Source of the DNA: Chiloscyllium plagiosum
Lineage: Eukaryota
NCBI RefSeq assembly: GCF_004010195.1
Contig: NC_057719.1
Location: 51,714,920 to 51,776,919, forward strand
Length of the DNA: 62,000 nt
Direction of reading: 5' to 3'
Shown piece after piece: positions 39,360 through 52,834 of this stretch. The notes beneath the pieces were generated by a model. That model was not told where the DNA came from and made no database searches. It saw only the letters and a list, made by a program, of their open reading frames with translations. Made by a program: the position numbers and the translations under genes. Every line of letters begins with the position of its first letter. Within the stretch, counting starts at the first letter, position 1.

Positions 39360-39640
39360 AATTAATGAATAGAGTAGTTGCTCTGGGAGTCTGGTGTCAA
39401 GCATACAAACAATACATCCCAACCAGTGGAACTGATTTTGGATGACTGGTGCCTTGATGCTGGGCAGGTTGGCTTGGGAGAGGATGTTGTTGTTTAGTGG
39501 CCTATGTCTTGTCACCAGATTTGGAGGATCTTATGGAGGTACCACTAAGTTATCTGCTGTTGGTGGTCCAAGTCTTTTGAAGTATAAAGAAATTTGGGTG
39601 AGCATGACTGTCTAGTAAACCATTACCTTTAGTGATAATT
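39360..39640 (-). mobile_element. RTE (BovB-like) LINE fragment
   Basis: NNILSQANLPSIKAPVIQNQFHWLGCIVCMLDTRLPEQLLYS (cf. RTE QLRWAGHVVRM.D.RLPKQLLY). Confidence 0.75.
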
Positions 39641-40502
39641 TTGAAATCTGAGTTTTTTTTATTTTCAGCTGGATGATGTTTGAATTGAAGGAAGATTAGC
39701 ATTTCATTTAAATGGAGAAATCTACCAGCAATATGAGGTGCTTCCCTTTTTACCTCACTGATTCACAGCAACTTACTAAATTAAGGAATGAAAGTTTGTC
39801 CTGGAATTTCAACTGCTTGAAGGTCATGAAAGTAATGAACTGTTGGATTGTGGATGCTTAGTTTTTTATTTCGGTATTTATTTTCTTTTGCAAAAGAAAA
39901 TGGAGTTGTTCCTGGCCACCATTTTATTTGGTTTGCTTAGATATATAACCAGTAGTGGCTAGGATCTTTCTGGTACATTGATCAACAGAGAGAAAATGTT
40001 GAGACTGTTGTGTTGAAATGCCAGTATCATAAATCAGCACACAAGGTTTTAAATGATGCTGTTGATCTGGGACTTTGGAATATTGTTTGAATATAGTACG
40101 TTGATAAATTCCAAATGTTTGGGTAGAATGAAGGAAATTTCTAATACAACTAATTGTTTACAGTCCATATATGGCTTCCATTTAATACAATAGTGTGAAG
40201 AAGAGATCTAACATGGATTTTGTCATTAATAATATTTGCCATTTAATGTAAAAAAAAATTAACTAACAACAGACAAAAGTACAAGTTCATTAATTCACTG
40301 GTTGAAGCTGTATCTTGTGTTGTATTGGATATTACATGTCCTAAGCTGTCTTTGTATAAACATTTTGAGAATGTGGTTAAGAGTAAAAATCAAGCCTTGA
40401 TCCCATGGTACATTTAAAAACTAATGTTTGATTTCCAAGCTCCCTTGCCTCCCTAAGCCTTTAATTGTCACCTCCCAAATCTGTTCCCTGCTTACTGGAA
40501 TT

Positions 40503-40717
40503 TGTAGTGATTATAATGAGGTGAGCCAGGTGAACCTCCTAGAATGAGTTCCCTAATGTTGTCAAATCAAGGAGCTGTGGCTGACAGATACAAACAGGGG
40601 TGTCGGAGGTTCTGTTCACTCAGAGCTGGCTCTGAGAAAGCTAGATCAGTGTCAAGGACTTTACACTTAAATAAAGAGTGACTGTGTTGGGTTACCTGCC
40701 TCTGTGGGGTTATTTCA
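40503..40717 (+). mobile_element. Solo LTR (215 bp) with perfect 5-bp TSD
   Basis: TGTAGTGA...TATTTCA termini, internal AATAAA near 40669, GAATT on both sides (40498-40502 and 40718-40722). Confidence 0.85.
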
Positions 40718-40799
40718 GAATTCTTACATTTTGAATTGCTTCTATCACAGCAACAAAACAAATAGTTCTTCAGCAACTTTAGTAATGAGTTTTCTCCGT

Positions 40800-41660
40800 C
40801 ATAAGATCAGAATTTGGGATGTTTGTGGGATTATCGCGCAATATTCAGCATATTCCGACCCCTCTGATACGAAAGTAGTCTGTGTCCAAATGCAGCCAAG
40901 CCCTGGACATTAACCAAGTTTAGGATGACAAATAGCAAGTAACATTTTTGCCCCACAGTTGCCAGGTGATCGCCATCTCCAACAAAAGACAATCTAACAG
41001 TCACCTTTTAACATTCATAGCATTATCATTGCTGAATACCCCACCACCAACAGCCTGAAGCTTACCATTGACCAGAAAATTAACTAGCTAAATACTGTGA
41101 CTACAAGAGCAGTTCAGCCATGAAACCCTGTCGTAACTTCACTTATCGCTCCCCAAAGTCTGTTCTACATCTACAAGTTACAAGTCAGGGGCATGATTAA
41201 AATACACTCAACCAGACAATGGAAAGTAACTCCTGCAACATTCAAGAGGCTTGACATTATCCAAGACAATGCAGTCTGCTTGATTTAGCACCACATTCTC
41301 AAATGTTCAGGCCCTCTGCCATCAATGCTCAGTGTGTACGGTTTTCAAGAGACACTGTATAAATTTAACTAGGTTTTTGGGACAGCAACTTCCAAAATCT
41401 TAATCAGTATGATGTAGCACAGACATGAAAACACCACCACCTGCAGTGCCCCTCCAAGCCATACTCAATCCTGATTTGGAAATCCGTTGCTGGGTCAAAG
41501 TCCGGGCACCACCTCCCAAACAAAGTTATGGATCTACCTATCCCAAATAGACTGCAGTGATTCAAGAAGGCAGCTCACCAATTTCTCAAGGCCAACTAGG
41601 GATCAGAAATAAATGCTGACCAGCCAGCAATATCCATACTCTCCCATGTAGGAATAAAAA
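40800..41660 (+). mobile_element. CR1/L2-group LINE 3' fragment, same family as 2230-3640
   Basis: Colinear similarity to 2745-3640 (gtccaaatgca, agacaatctaac, catctacaag, ttcaagaaggcagctcacca, aataaatgctg). Confidence 0.82.
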
Positions 41661-42789
41661 AAGAACTATAGAAGTTAAGTAAATTTTAATTTCTAAAATG
41701 CATGTCAGAAATTGCACAATTTTGTTATTGGTTCAAAATGCTTTCATGTGTCTTCATTTGTTTAAAGGGTTTTTATTTTTACATTTGCAATACTGAAATT
41801 TGAAATGCTCCCTACCTTCAAATTAACTACATACGCAGTGAAATACATACAAACTCGTGAAAAATTGCATGTCCTGTGAAGTAACAAAACTTAGTATTTT
41901 AAGTGATGTAATCTGTGTTGAAATGCATTTAATGCACTTTTCTCATTTAGTGACAAAGGTTGAAGTTGCCTGAAATGTACCTATCATATAGGCTGCATTA
42001 TTAATTTTGCTTAATATACAAAATATGTTACCAAGCTGGAAAGTGTAAGACTTTAAAAACAGTATTTACTCTCTATTGTGGATTGAATATAAATCCACAA
42101 TGGGTTCATCCTCAAGTTCATTTGAATTTTATAAATTAACATGGTTTCATGGATTCGTAGAATTCCTACAATATGGAAGCAGGCTATTCGGCCTATTGAG
42201 ATCCCACCGACCATCCAAAGAGCAACCTACTCAGACCCACCCTTACCCTATCCAAGTAACCCTTCATTTCTCTTTGCCTTCAAGGAATTGATTAGTTTGG
42301 GGGGGAGGATCATAATGAATAAATAATAGATGGTTGTTTACTTCATCAATGTATTTTATTTGAGTTAATTGTTTATTATATTGCATAGAAGCAATGCATG
42401 TGGAAAATAGTTTTAAACTCTAAAGTAAATGAAATACAAATATACATTTTAAAAGTAAGCAGATGATCCTTAAACTCCAGAAATCCTGGATCTATTATCT
42501 TTTGAGGAGGCTAATAGCAATCTAATGCAATGGTGGCACAGAAGAGGGGGAAGAATAATACGCCATTTTATATAGTGTGCGGAAAGATCGCTGATTGGTT
42601 GAGCCATGATTAGAATGGAGAAGTGACAAGAACAATTTTCTGTCAATTTTAATTCTCAGACTAAATTTTGATTTGTCAGACAGAATTCCAGTTGATTTCT
42701 GGTGTAATTCTGAGCATAGTTTAAATTATTTACTAAATGTTTTCAATAGCATGTTCATACTGATGAGTATACTTTTCTGAGGCTTGCAA

Positions 42790-44400
42790 GCATTGAGTCA
42801 TTCAAGATCTACCATATGGAAAAAGACCCTTAAGCCCATTGAGTCTGCTCAGTCAAAAACAACCATATAACTATTCTAATCTGACTTTTCAGCAATTGGC
42901 CCATAGCCTTGTATGCCTTGGCATTGCAAGTATACATTTAAATACTTGTTTAAAATGTTATGGAGGTTTCTGTCTCTATCACCCTTGCAAGCAATGAGTT
43001 CCAGATTCTCCTCATCCTCCAGGTGAAAAATTCTTTCCTCATATCCTCTCAACCTCCTACCTCTAATATTGACATCAATCTATTGCCATGGTCACTGATC
43101 CCTCCTCTGAGGGGAAAGGTCTCTTCTGTCTATTCCCCTTAAAATTTAACACTGGTCAATCAAGTCCCTCCTCCACTGTACCAAGGAAAATAACGCTAGG
43201 CAGTCCAATCTCTCTTAATACTAAATCTCCTCTGTATCCACTCCAGTGCAACCACATCACCCATATAATGTGAATTCCAGAGCTATACACAATACTCTAT
43301 TGGCCTAACCCACACTTTGTACAGTTCCAGCATCACTTCCCTACTATTAAATACTCTGCCTCGGCTAATACAAGCAAGTATGTCATATGCACCTTAACCA
43401 ATTTATCTACCTGTCCTGTTAGCTTAAGGGCCCCTTTGATTCTCTGTTTCCCAAAGCCTACCATTCTTCAAGTTTTGTCTTGCCCAAGTGCATTACCTCT
43501 CACTAATCTGAATGATTTGGAGGTGCCGGTGTTGGACTGGGGTGTACAAAGTTTAAAAACCATAACACCAGGCTATAGTCCAATGGTTTATTTGGAAACA
43601 CCAGCTTTTGGAGTGCTGCTCCTTATTCAGGTGGTTGTGGGATTTGAATTCCATTTGCCACTGATTACCCTATTTGGCCAGCCTGATATCCTCCTCACAA
43701 TTTATCACATCTCCCATTTTTGTATTTTACGAACATAGCTGAAAAATACTCCCACTTCAAACTGCAATTGTTTATATATGTCACAACCAGCAAGGGCTCC
43801 AATACCAGTTCCTGCAAGACTCCACTGGACGCAGTGACAAAAACACAGCTGAACAATTGCCTACTGCTTCCTGCCACTCAGCCAAATCTGGATCCAATTA
43901 GCGAAATGTCCTTCAATCCCATCAGCTCTTGTTTTTGTGATCAGTTTCCCATCTGGGACCTTATCAAAAGCTCTACTGAAGTTCAAGTACACTATATTAA
44001 TATGCATTGCCATCATCTACATGCCAGGTTACTTCTTCTGAAAATGCAATCAAATTGGTCAGATATACTGTTATCAAAACCATGTTTATAGTTCTCTGCC
44101 TCTCCAATTGCCAGTGAATTCATCCCTGAAGTTAGACTGACTGGCCTATAGTTTTCTAGTTAATCCCTTGCTCCCTTCTTGAATAATAGCATTAGGTTGA
44201 ATGTCCTCCAATCCTCTGGTATCTCTGCCCTGCCACAAAGGAACTGAAAACAGTTGCCAGCATTATTGCTATTTCGTCCCTTGTTCCAATCTATAGCCTA
44301 GGATATGTCATATCTGGCCCTGGGTATTCATCTAATTTTAAGCCTACCAGACCACTAATTTCTTGAATTATATCACAGTCTTCCACCCTAACTTTATTTT
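42790..44400 (-). mobile_element. CR1-clade LINE, degraded, interrupted by a Penelope-like terminus
   Basis: SSGVLQELVLEPLLVVTYIN relic and an antisense NYRPVSLTS (gaagttagactgactggcctatagtt). Confidence 0.8.
43507..43640 (-). mobile_element. Penelope-like terminal repeat with decayed hammerhead
   Basis: Reverse complement cac-ctgaata-a-ggag-cagca-ctcc-aaaa-gctg-gtg: hammerhead architecture (stem I CAC/GUG, stem II GGAG/CUCC) with mutated core. Confidence 0.6.
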
Positions 44401-47400
44401 ATCCATGTATTTTGTGTTCACTAGTAAGAGGGACAAAGAGTGAATAGTGTTCAACCTGCTCTGAATGGTGAAAGGGACGTATTGTTTCAGATATACAAAG
44501 TGTCTCTGCGTTTAAAGCAGTGAGGGCCACTTTCTGAATAGTGTCAAGTCCTAGGCTTTCTGATGATACAACTCTGCCACAACGGCTACAAGTTTGCACA
44601 GGAAATATTAACATACTCCTTAGTCCGTTGATCTAAGCTTTATCTATTGCTTTAAGCCCTTTTAGTATTTTTGATAGTCACTGAAGGAGGTAGATGCTTT
44701 TGTAATCTCTGCTATTTATGAAATCTGGTGGGGTCATTATAAATTAGAGTAGGAAGGCAAGACTTGCCACTTATAAACATAAATTTTAAACTTGTATTTT
44801 TCTTCTTGATTAAGGCAGGAAGAGGTGAATTCCAAAGGATGAATACACCATGGTGACTTAATTAGTACTCCTGCTTACAGGAAAGGCATCATGGATATCT
44901 GATCATGGTGACTTTCTGTTCAATGGCATCCGAGCTGCACCACAGCTGCCGAGCATCAGATTTCTGCTTTATTCTTGGTGATAAAGGTTTTCTAAATTTT
45001 TCATGTATCACAAATATACAAAATGGAAATAGTGTTTGCAGATCAAGCAGCAGTTCTCTGAAGTAATTTAGGAAAACTTTGCTGTGGTAGTTCCAAACTA
45101 GCTTAGATGGGGCTCTTAAACCTGGATTCTGGACTTAAACCGCATATTAGGTGATGATTTTTAAAACTTTAATATTGTTTGTTATTCATTGGCTGAAGAG
45201 CATCTTCAGTTATAGAAAACCGAATAAATCCTTTTGATAGAAACTGCAAAAAAATCCAATTGGAAAAACAATACTCCAATGTATTCATGATAATTGTAAT
45301 AGTAAGACCAGACCAATGAATAGAACTAATGGGAAACAGTCGATCCTAAAATGATTTGTAATATACTTCCTAATCCAGGTTTCAGTTTGCATTTAAAACT
45401 TAATTTGGTTACAAGTAATGAAATCACAGTCTAAACTATTCACACTGTATCTGCGCATGTACAGAAACTGACCCCCCTACTGTTACAGTACAAATAAACA
45501 CAGCTTTTCAAAAATCTTACACATATCATATGTCATCTCTACTTACACAACTGGAAGCTTAGTATTGAGAGTGCTGTTGTATTTTGAAAGGACTGGTTTC
45601 TATTGTATTCTGTCCTCAGAGAGAAACTACAGTCAAAACTAAATTACCTTATGTTCAGTTATCTTCGTTTGACACACTGAATTCGGTTTTTCAGATAAGC
45701 TCGCCATTCACCTGACAGGCACATACCTGGAAATCACTCTTATATTAGAGAGATTCCTTATGACTACCTAAATTTATACCTAGTTCCATTAAAGAGTGAA
45801 GTTGTTATTTTTGTAACCATTAATGCAGCGTGTATTAATTTATGTAGTTGCAGATTCTCAGGGAGAAGCTGAATGACTTCCCTGATTGTCTCTGTCTCTG
45901 TCTCTTTCTCTTTTGGTAACTTGCACTTTTTTCAATCCTCTCTGCAATAAGATCTTCACAGAACCTCCCCTTTTTAGAGGGGAGAGTTAACAAATCTTTT
46001 TTTTTTCATTGCTGTCTTGCTTTTTATTTGCATTAAAAATAATGGAAACAAAGGCACACCTATTGAAAATATCAAAATTGACTTCTGAGGTGTCCTCCTC
46101 ATAGTGGTTCGGAGTGGGACACCTGAGAATCTCCTATTTATACTGTCGATTGAAATCCAGTTTGAGGCAGTCCATGTGCAAGGCTAATAAAATGCGCTTG
46201 CCAAAAAAATCTGTCAGCTGCAGTAAACAATATACAAACTTTCATCAATTTTCAGCTCAAGAATTCTTCATCTATCTCCAGCCTATTCTGGATTAGCTAT
46301 GCCTATATTTCTCATTCAAAATTGCCCCTTAATGCATTGTAAGCATAGCTATAGGAAATTTAATGAAGCAGTTTGCTAGTATGTGAACAGAGTTACTCCA
46401 AGCTTCCGTTCAAAACTGTTGAAAATCCAGTGGAATTATTGGGCCAAAGGATGGTGGTACCTGCAAGATATTTTTTCCATTACTGTTGTAGCTAACGTAC
46501 AGTTTTAAAGTGATAATTGTCATGGGTTGAAAATTTTGTTTTCCCGGTTACTGGGTGCCTTAAAATTTTAATTTGGCATGAAATTAACCAATTTTTGGAA
46601 AGAGAAATTCCTGCTTTAGATGACTAAATCTTTGTTCGTTTTCAACAAGGTCTGTAAAGAATATTATTGATTTGCTACGGAATGAGAGACCCTGTCCGAT
46701 ACCTTTACCTCACGGAGACCATGATTGCATACTGTAATTTTGTGTGGTCTGATAGTATGGGATATTTTTAAGAAACTCAAATGGGCCTTATTCGCAAGAG
46801 ACATCTAAGGACGACAACTTGCTGCATATCCTGGGTGTTTTGACACATACACAGCACAGAATGGGTTGCACAGGTTCCATGTTGAGGCAGCTGCAGATGG
46901 TGGTCTGTAGGGGGTGTGGGGTGGTGGTGTCAAGTATACCCAACCACAGGACATTTGCCTGGGGGTAAATGTAAGCTATTTGACAAGATAGTGGTCTGCT
47001 ATAGGACAAGTGGCGCTGCTGATGGATGCCCCAGGTAGTTTTGCCGCAAAACCTCCAGGAACCATTAAGTGAGCTATGAGGTGGCATTAAGGCTCAGGAA
47101 AGTTATGAAAACCCCATTTAGAGCAAGGAGGTGAGAACCGTTGATGATTTGGTGTAGCTGGATGTGAAGGCAGCCGTCAATGTTTGCTTGGTGCAGCTGA
47201 GACCTATCGGAGCTTGGTGAATCTCTGGAAGGTAGTGTTAGCTTTATTGAAGCTAGCTGGATGTGTAAGAGCTGGAATTGTGACAGTGATTAGTTGCTGA
47301 AGTGCTGTCTTTGGAATCCAGTGGAGTACCATTTCAAGCAGAGATTAAATGGCCATGGCACGAGCAGTTGTTGATATGGTCTGTAACGGACCAGCTTGTG

Positions 47401-47424
47401 AAGGAGTTCTAAACTTTTAGGTCT

Positions 47425-48050
47425 TCCTAAGTGAAGAATTGGAATCCCTTGAGCTTACTCCACCACTTAATAAGATCATAGCTGACCTGATGGTAACCAA
47501 AAATCTATAATCCTGCTTATTCTCCTTAAGTTCTCACTGCCTTGCTTGCTGACCAACTATTGACATTTGCCTTAAACATTGACCAAGGCTATGCTTCCAC
47601 AGCCTTTTCAGAAAGAGTTCCGAAGTCTTATCACCCTCTGAGAGAAGAGATTTTTTCTCATTTCATTCTTCTTAAAATAGGTGACCCCTTATTGTTAAAA
47701 AGTGAGCCCTAATTCTAGATTCTCCCATAAAAGGAAATATCCTCTCCACATCTATCGTGTCAAGATCTTTCAACCAAATTGCTTCTTACTATTCAAAACT
47801 CCAGATAAGAACCAGGTCTATCCAACTTTGTCTCAAAAGACAACCTGCCCATTAGTCCGGTGAATGTCTGAACTGCTTCCAGAACATTTACATCCTTCCT
47901 TTAATAAGGTGACCAATACTGTACACAGCACCTTAGATGCAGTCTCATCAGTATCCGGTATAACTTAAACATAAACTTCTACTTCAGTATTTCCATTGCA
48001 AGGAATAATCATGCTCTACTAAATAGATTTCCTAATTATTTGTTAACATC
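47425..48050 (-). mobile_element. CR1-clade LINE 3' fragment, degraded
   Basis: Antisense tail and ggtgaccaatactgtacacag (YCVQYWSP) motif. Confidence 0.72.
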
Positions 48051-50129
48051 TCTCAAACCACACTGAATTTCCTGGCCCTGTCTTGATCACGTGTTAATTG
48101 ATCTGCTTTGGGAGATGTTTGATTATAGTTTGTCTTAACTTGCATTTGCTTAACTATACAAAGTTTGAAGAGCAACATATAGTTTATTTATTCAAAACTC
48201 TGGAATCATTTGGCCTTATTCTCTCTCATTAGGTAACTGGAATCTCAAACTTTGACTACTCAAGACACTATTGTTTCCTAACCAGATGATAACACTTGGA
48301 AACTCTTCCTATCTCTTACCAATCTGATCGTCACTTTGTTTTCTCTTCTGGAGTCAGCTTGCTCTCCGTTCTGCTGTATTTCACCTGACGCCACTTGCTG
48401 TGACTTTAGTTATTAGTCTGTGCTCCACAATCGAAGCTTTTTGGAAAGATGAGAGATGAGTGTAAATTGTTGAAATGGAAAGTGAGGAGAGGTGAAGAAG
48501 AATATTGAGCTTAATGGCTGCTCAGGAACTCAAGGTACACAGGAGTGAGCAGATGCAGGTGATTTAAGTCTATAATGTTTTGCTTTGTTTTTGCACAGAA
48601 ATTTATTAATGTATCTATGGTCGCTCATTCTTTATCCATCAGCTACTGGAGAAAGTCTGCTTCTGTCCACATAAGCAATATTTTCAATTTCAAAAGCATA
48701 CTTTAAATGGGTCATCAATTCTTTTTGTATTTGAACAGAAGATTTTTATGTATCAACCTTTGTGAGTTTGTGCTATTCCACCCCTCCCCCAACCCACCAC
48801 AGCTTTTACCTTTCCTATACAGCATGGTGTTATATGCACACGTTAAACAAGGTCTTGAGGCTTTACATACACTTGTCATTTCCTCCTGGAATTAAAACCA
48901 GAATTCATTTGCTTTTATTCACAGTTTTACTGCTCTGTGGTGCTGGCTTTAATGTTAAGCTGTGTCCTAATCTCCTTTGCTGTTTCATATCACTGAGCCA
49001 ACTTGCATTCAGAAAATAATTACTGCTATATTTCTACCAAATGGAATCACCTTGTATTTATGGCACTGAATTACACATGTCCCTTTTCAGCTTATTCCCA
49101 CTAGCCTTGGTCTTCTAAAGAATTAACGAGATTAGAAACTTGTTAAGTGGCATCTACTTTGAACTAACACAAACTCAATGGGGTAGAATTCATGCGATGT
49201 GGCCAATTTGGGAATGTACCTGTGGAGCCATAATTAGATACTGAAGCTGTTAAAGCAGCAGATGGAACAGATAAAACATAATGACCAAAAACAGCAGGTA
49301 CTAATTGGGTGTGTGAAGGATGAGTGAAAGAAAGAAATGAATATAGGTTGCTTATTGTAAAACACTGGAGATAGCAGAATTTGTGGTTGGGGAATAAAAC
49401 CAGTTACTTTTCCGTTACAGATAATTAATACCATACCAACTTAAGATTAATATCATGATCAAAGTTGACAGAATCTGGAAATAGAGGTAAGGTTTAAGGA
49501 GACTTAATGTACAAAGTTGTGGAAATATACTGAGTTGATAACTATATACTGAGCATCAGGCTACATTATTCTCATTGCATTTATCTCTAGCTGTGTACTA
49601 GAAGTGTCTTAAACCTGCTGTTAGCTCACTGATTTTCCTTTTTGCACTGTAATTTGCTGGCTATCTCAATGGTGGAGGCACTGGTAGTGAAAGGAAAATG
49701 CAATATTGCTATAGCTACAGCAAGATGCCAAGTGGCCATTTGTGGCTGCAGCAATCAAACGTCTAGCAGCATGTTTCCTCAGTACAAATTTGCAGATTCT
49801 TCAGATAAAGTGTTAGTGGCATGATCTGTACACGTGAAAGAAAGTGACAGAGACAAGAAGTGAAAAATACATTTCTGGTTAGAAAATGTATCTGGATAGT
49901 ACTTTGTACAGAGTGCCTGCATACTCTTCTCATTCTTAAAGGCAAAAGAATTAATAGCAAAAGACCAGAGATAACGACTGCAATCAAGTCGACTGAAGGT
50001 CATTTTCTAAATCAAAGTGTGAACAATATAACCATCTACAATATGGGCAAGCATCATAATGAAAGACAAATGAGAAGAATACTGCAGAAGTTTAGTTCAG
50101 TTCTACCCATATAACTGGATAGCCTTCTG

Positions 50130-51120
50130 TGGCTAACCCATTTCGAACAGATGTCCTGTTTTGAATAATGTGGGTTGTGGAGGGGGGTGGTGGGGAGGTG
50201 TAGCCTTTCAGGGGAGTACAGTACTGATAGCCAGGTCTCTGATAGTGACTGGCTCTACTGCAATTAGGGGTATGTTAGGTTCCGAACGATCGATTGTAAT
50301 AAAGGGTTCTTTCTAGTCTGGGGCCACAGAAATGTCTGTCTGTGCCATCAGGATGGTGTGTTGTCTCCCTGTTGCCAGGGTCAAGGATGTCTCTGTCAGC
50401 GTGAAAGGGGAGAGTGACCAACAGGAGGTGGTTGTTCACGTTGAAACCAACGACTTAGGAGCAAGGGATCATATTCAGCAGAGAATATAGGAAACTAGGC
50501 AGGAGGTTTTAAAAAGCAGGTCCTTGAATATAGTAATATCTGGATTAGCACAAATGCCACACGATAGCGATATTAAGAATAGGATGATACAGCATGTGAA
50601 TATGTTGCTAGGGGACAAGGATTCACATTTTTGGTTCATTAGATCGCTTCAGAGGTATAACAGGGATGGGTTCCATCTGTATTGGAAGGGGACCAATATC
50701 CTTGTGGGGGGATCTGCGGGTGTTGTTCAGGAAAGGCTGTGACTGAGATAGTAGATAAGGGGAGCAAGTCAAATAGTCAAAGCAGACAAGGGCATGGCAG
50801 AGATCAAGGTAAGACTCAAATTAAACTGCATTTACTTCAATGTAAGGTGCAGGTAAGCTTACAGCATGATTGGGAACAAGGGACTGAGATATCATTGCTT
50901 TTAGAGAAAAGTGGCTCAGGGATAGACAGGATTAGCAGTTTAATGTTCTAAGATATAGATGCTACAGGAAGGATAGAGTGAATGGACAGTGACTTTTTTG
51001 GTGAGGGATAACATTACGGCTGAATTGAGAAAGGATATTTCTGTAAGATCATCCAGTAAAATTGAGTGGAACTGAGAAATAAGAAACAGATGATCACCTT
51101 TGTTGGGATTGTTTTATAGC
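50130..51120 (+). mobile_element. CR1 LINE 5' fragment: ORF1 SGNH esterase-like region and start of APE
   Basis: RMVCCLPVARVKDVS, QEVVVHVETNDLG, IVISGL and YNRDGFHLYWKGTNIL; then LNCIYFN and an IT..LGLFY motif at about 51093-51117. Confidence 0.82.
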
Positions 51121-51155
51121 TTAGTTATCTGTGGGAAGAAAATAACTTTTAAAGC

Positions 51156-51376
51156 TGTGGGATATAGGTAAATTAATGTTACTTCTGCAATTCTGCAATT
51201 ATAATTTCTGATACAAAGTAAATGAACTCACATCAGTGTGTAATTGTTTCAGCCAAGAGCTAAGTCAACAAGAATGGAAACTATGTGGAGGAAATATATA
51301 ATTGTTTTTGTATTAGCTAAAATTGTATGTCAGCATGAAACGTGATTGCAAAACAATGGTAGATATTATGGGCAAA
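51156..51376 (+). repeat. 5' LTR (visible part; continues into N-gap)
   Basis: Aligns to 56152-56358 with about 10 substitutions in about 195 nt plus an 8-nt duplication (ttctgcaa). Confidence 0.92.
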
Positions 51377-51848
51377 NNNNNNNNNNNNNNNNNNNNNNNN
51401 NNNNNNNNNNNNNNNNNNNNNNNNNNNNNNNNNNNNNNNNNNNNNNNNNNNNNNNNNNNNNNNNNNNNNNNNNNNNNNNNNNNNNNNNNNNNNNNNNNNN
51501 NNNNNNNNNNNNNNNNNNNNNNNNNNNNNNNNNNNNNNNNNNNNNNNNNNNNNNNNNNNNNNNNNNNNNNNNNNNNNNNNNNNNNNNNNNNNNNNNNNNN
51601 NNNNNNNNNNNNNNNNNNNNNNNNNNNNNNNNNNNNNNNNNNNNNNNNNNNNNNNNNNNNNNNNNNNNNNNNNNNNNNNNNNNNNNNNNNNNNNNNNNNN
51701 NNNNNNNNNNNNNNNNNNNNNNNNNNNNNNNNNNNNNNNNNNNNNNNNNNNNNNNNNNNNNNNNNNNNNNNNNNNNNNNNNNNNNNNNNNNNNNNNNNNN
51801 NNNNNNNNNNNNNNNNNNNNNNNNNNNNNNNNNNNNNNNNNNNNNNNN
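51377..51848. other. Assembly gap (472 N)
   Basis: Run of N. Confidence 1.
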
Positions 51849-52112
51849 GGGTAAGGAAAAAGCCTCCGGGAAAACAAAAGAAGAAAATGGCAATAGAAAT
51901 GGAGGTGGGGTCCCTTACAACAAACCTCCAGAAAGTCCTTTGGGCAAGATGTTGTGGAATTGGCAAAATAATACTTGTACAAGGGAAAAAGATGATTAAA
52001 TATTGTTGCTTTGTATGGACTAAGGAATCCATTCTTCGTCCCACCGTCTTCTGGGCAAAGTACAGGTAGGATGAACGACTGGGTTTGTAAATATCTGAAT
52101 TTATATGTCAAT
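51849..52112 (+). pseudogene. gag: ERV gag matrix region, frameshifted
   Basis: KPPESPLGKMLWNWQNN / MIKYCCFVWTKESILRPTVFWAKYR*DE / DWVCKYLNLYVN, resembling HERV-I-group matrix. Confidence 0.8.
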
Positions 52113-52834
52113 GTGTGAGAGAGAGAGAATGAAAAGAGCTGATAGAAAGTTTAACCCTTTGTGATTTGGTTTGAATGAACACTTGGTTTGTTGGTCATTG
52201 AATGTTTGTGTTTTATTCCCTGGAGCTTGAGTTCCAGGACTGTTTTGAATCTGATTTTTATTATAGAAACTTAACATGATTTCTTTTAAGGTTAAGGATT
52301 CTATAGAGATTATGAAAAAAAGAATGATAACTCCTGTTCTTTTTATAGATCATGACTGCCTTATTGTCAGTTTCTAACTAATCTCTTTTATCTTTACATA
52401 AAAGCGATTTATGGAAGACATTGAAGTTTCAGTTCAACATTAAATTGTAGTAAAAATGAAACTCCTATGGTTAATGTCTGTGACCTTGGATTCGGCCATT
52501 GTTCATGCATTTCAAGTTTTTTTTTAAACTTGAATAGACAAATTCTTTTAAGGCAGCTCTGATTATTTCACGACCTATAGTATTGTAATTGAGCAACGAT
52601 TGGTCAGGACTACTTAAGAAAATTTTGGATTTAAATTAAGGGACTAAAACTGGGTGATTACAGTGGATTTCAAAATTGTGAACTGTATGCATTTTACATT
52701 TTAAATATTAAATACTGAATAAATGAACGTAAATATATAAATATATTTACAAGTTAGGCACAGGCTTTAAAAGTTAGTCAAGCATGAATTGGTGTTTGAA
52801 GTTATGGGGAGCTAGAAATAGTACAATATTTCTT

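Noticed and set aside
44399..44614. Possible minus-strand exon (ttgtag ... gagcag|gttgaa) of a neighbouring gene
   Set aside because: Weak donor, a peptide I do not recognise and no partner exons; I found no exons of expected neighbours such as GPR135 or L3HYPDH.
45964..45985. ctcccct-ttttag-aggggag hairpin as a terminator or structured RNA
   Set aside because: A 7-bp stem is expected by chance in 62 kb, and intrinsic terminators are not relevant to this eukaryotic context.
46770..47400. GC-elevated segment resembling an antisense LINE relic
   Set aside because: Probably a repeat, but no diagnostic motif could be read, so it is left unassigned.
51130..51155. Alternative 5' LTR start at tgtgggaagaaa
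   Set aside because: Only the start at 51156 gives a TSD (AAGC) matching the 3' flank.
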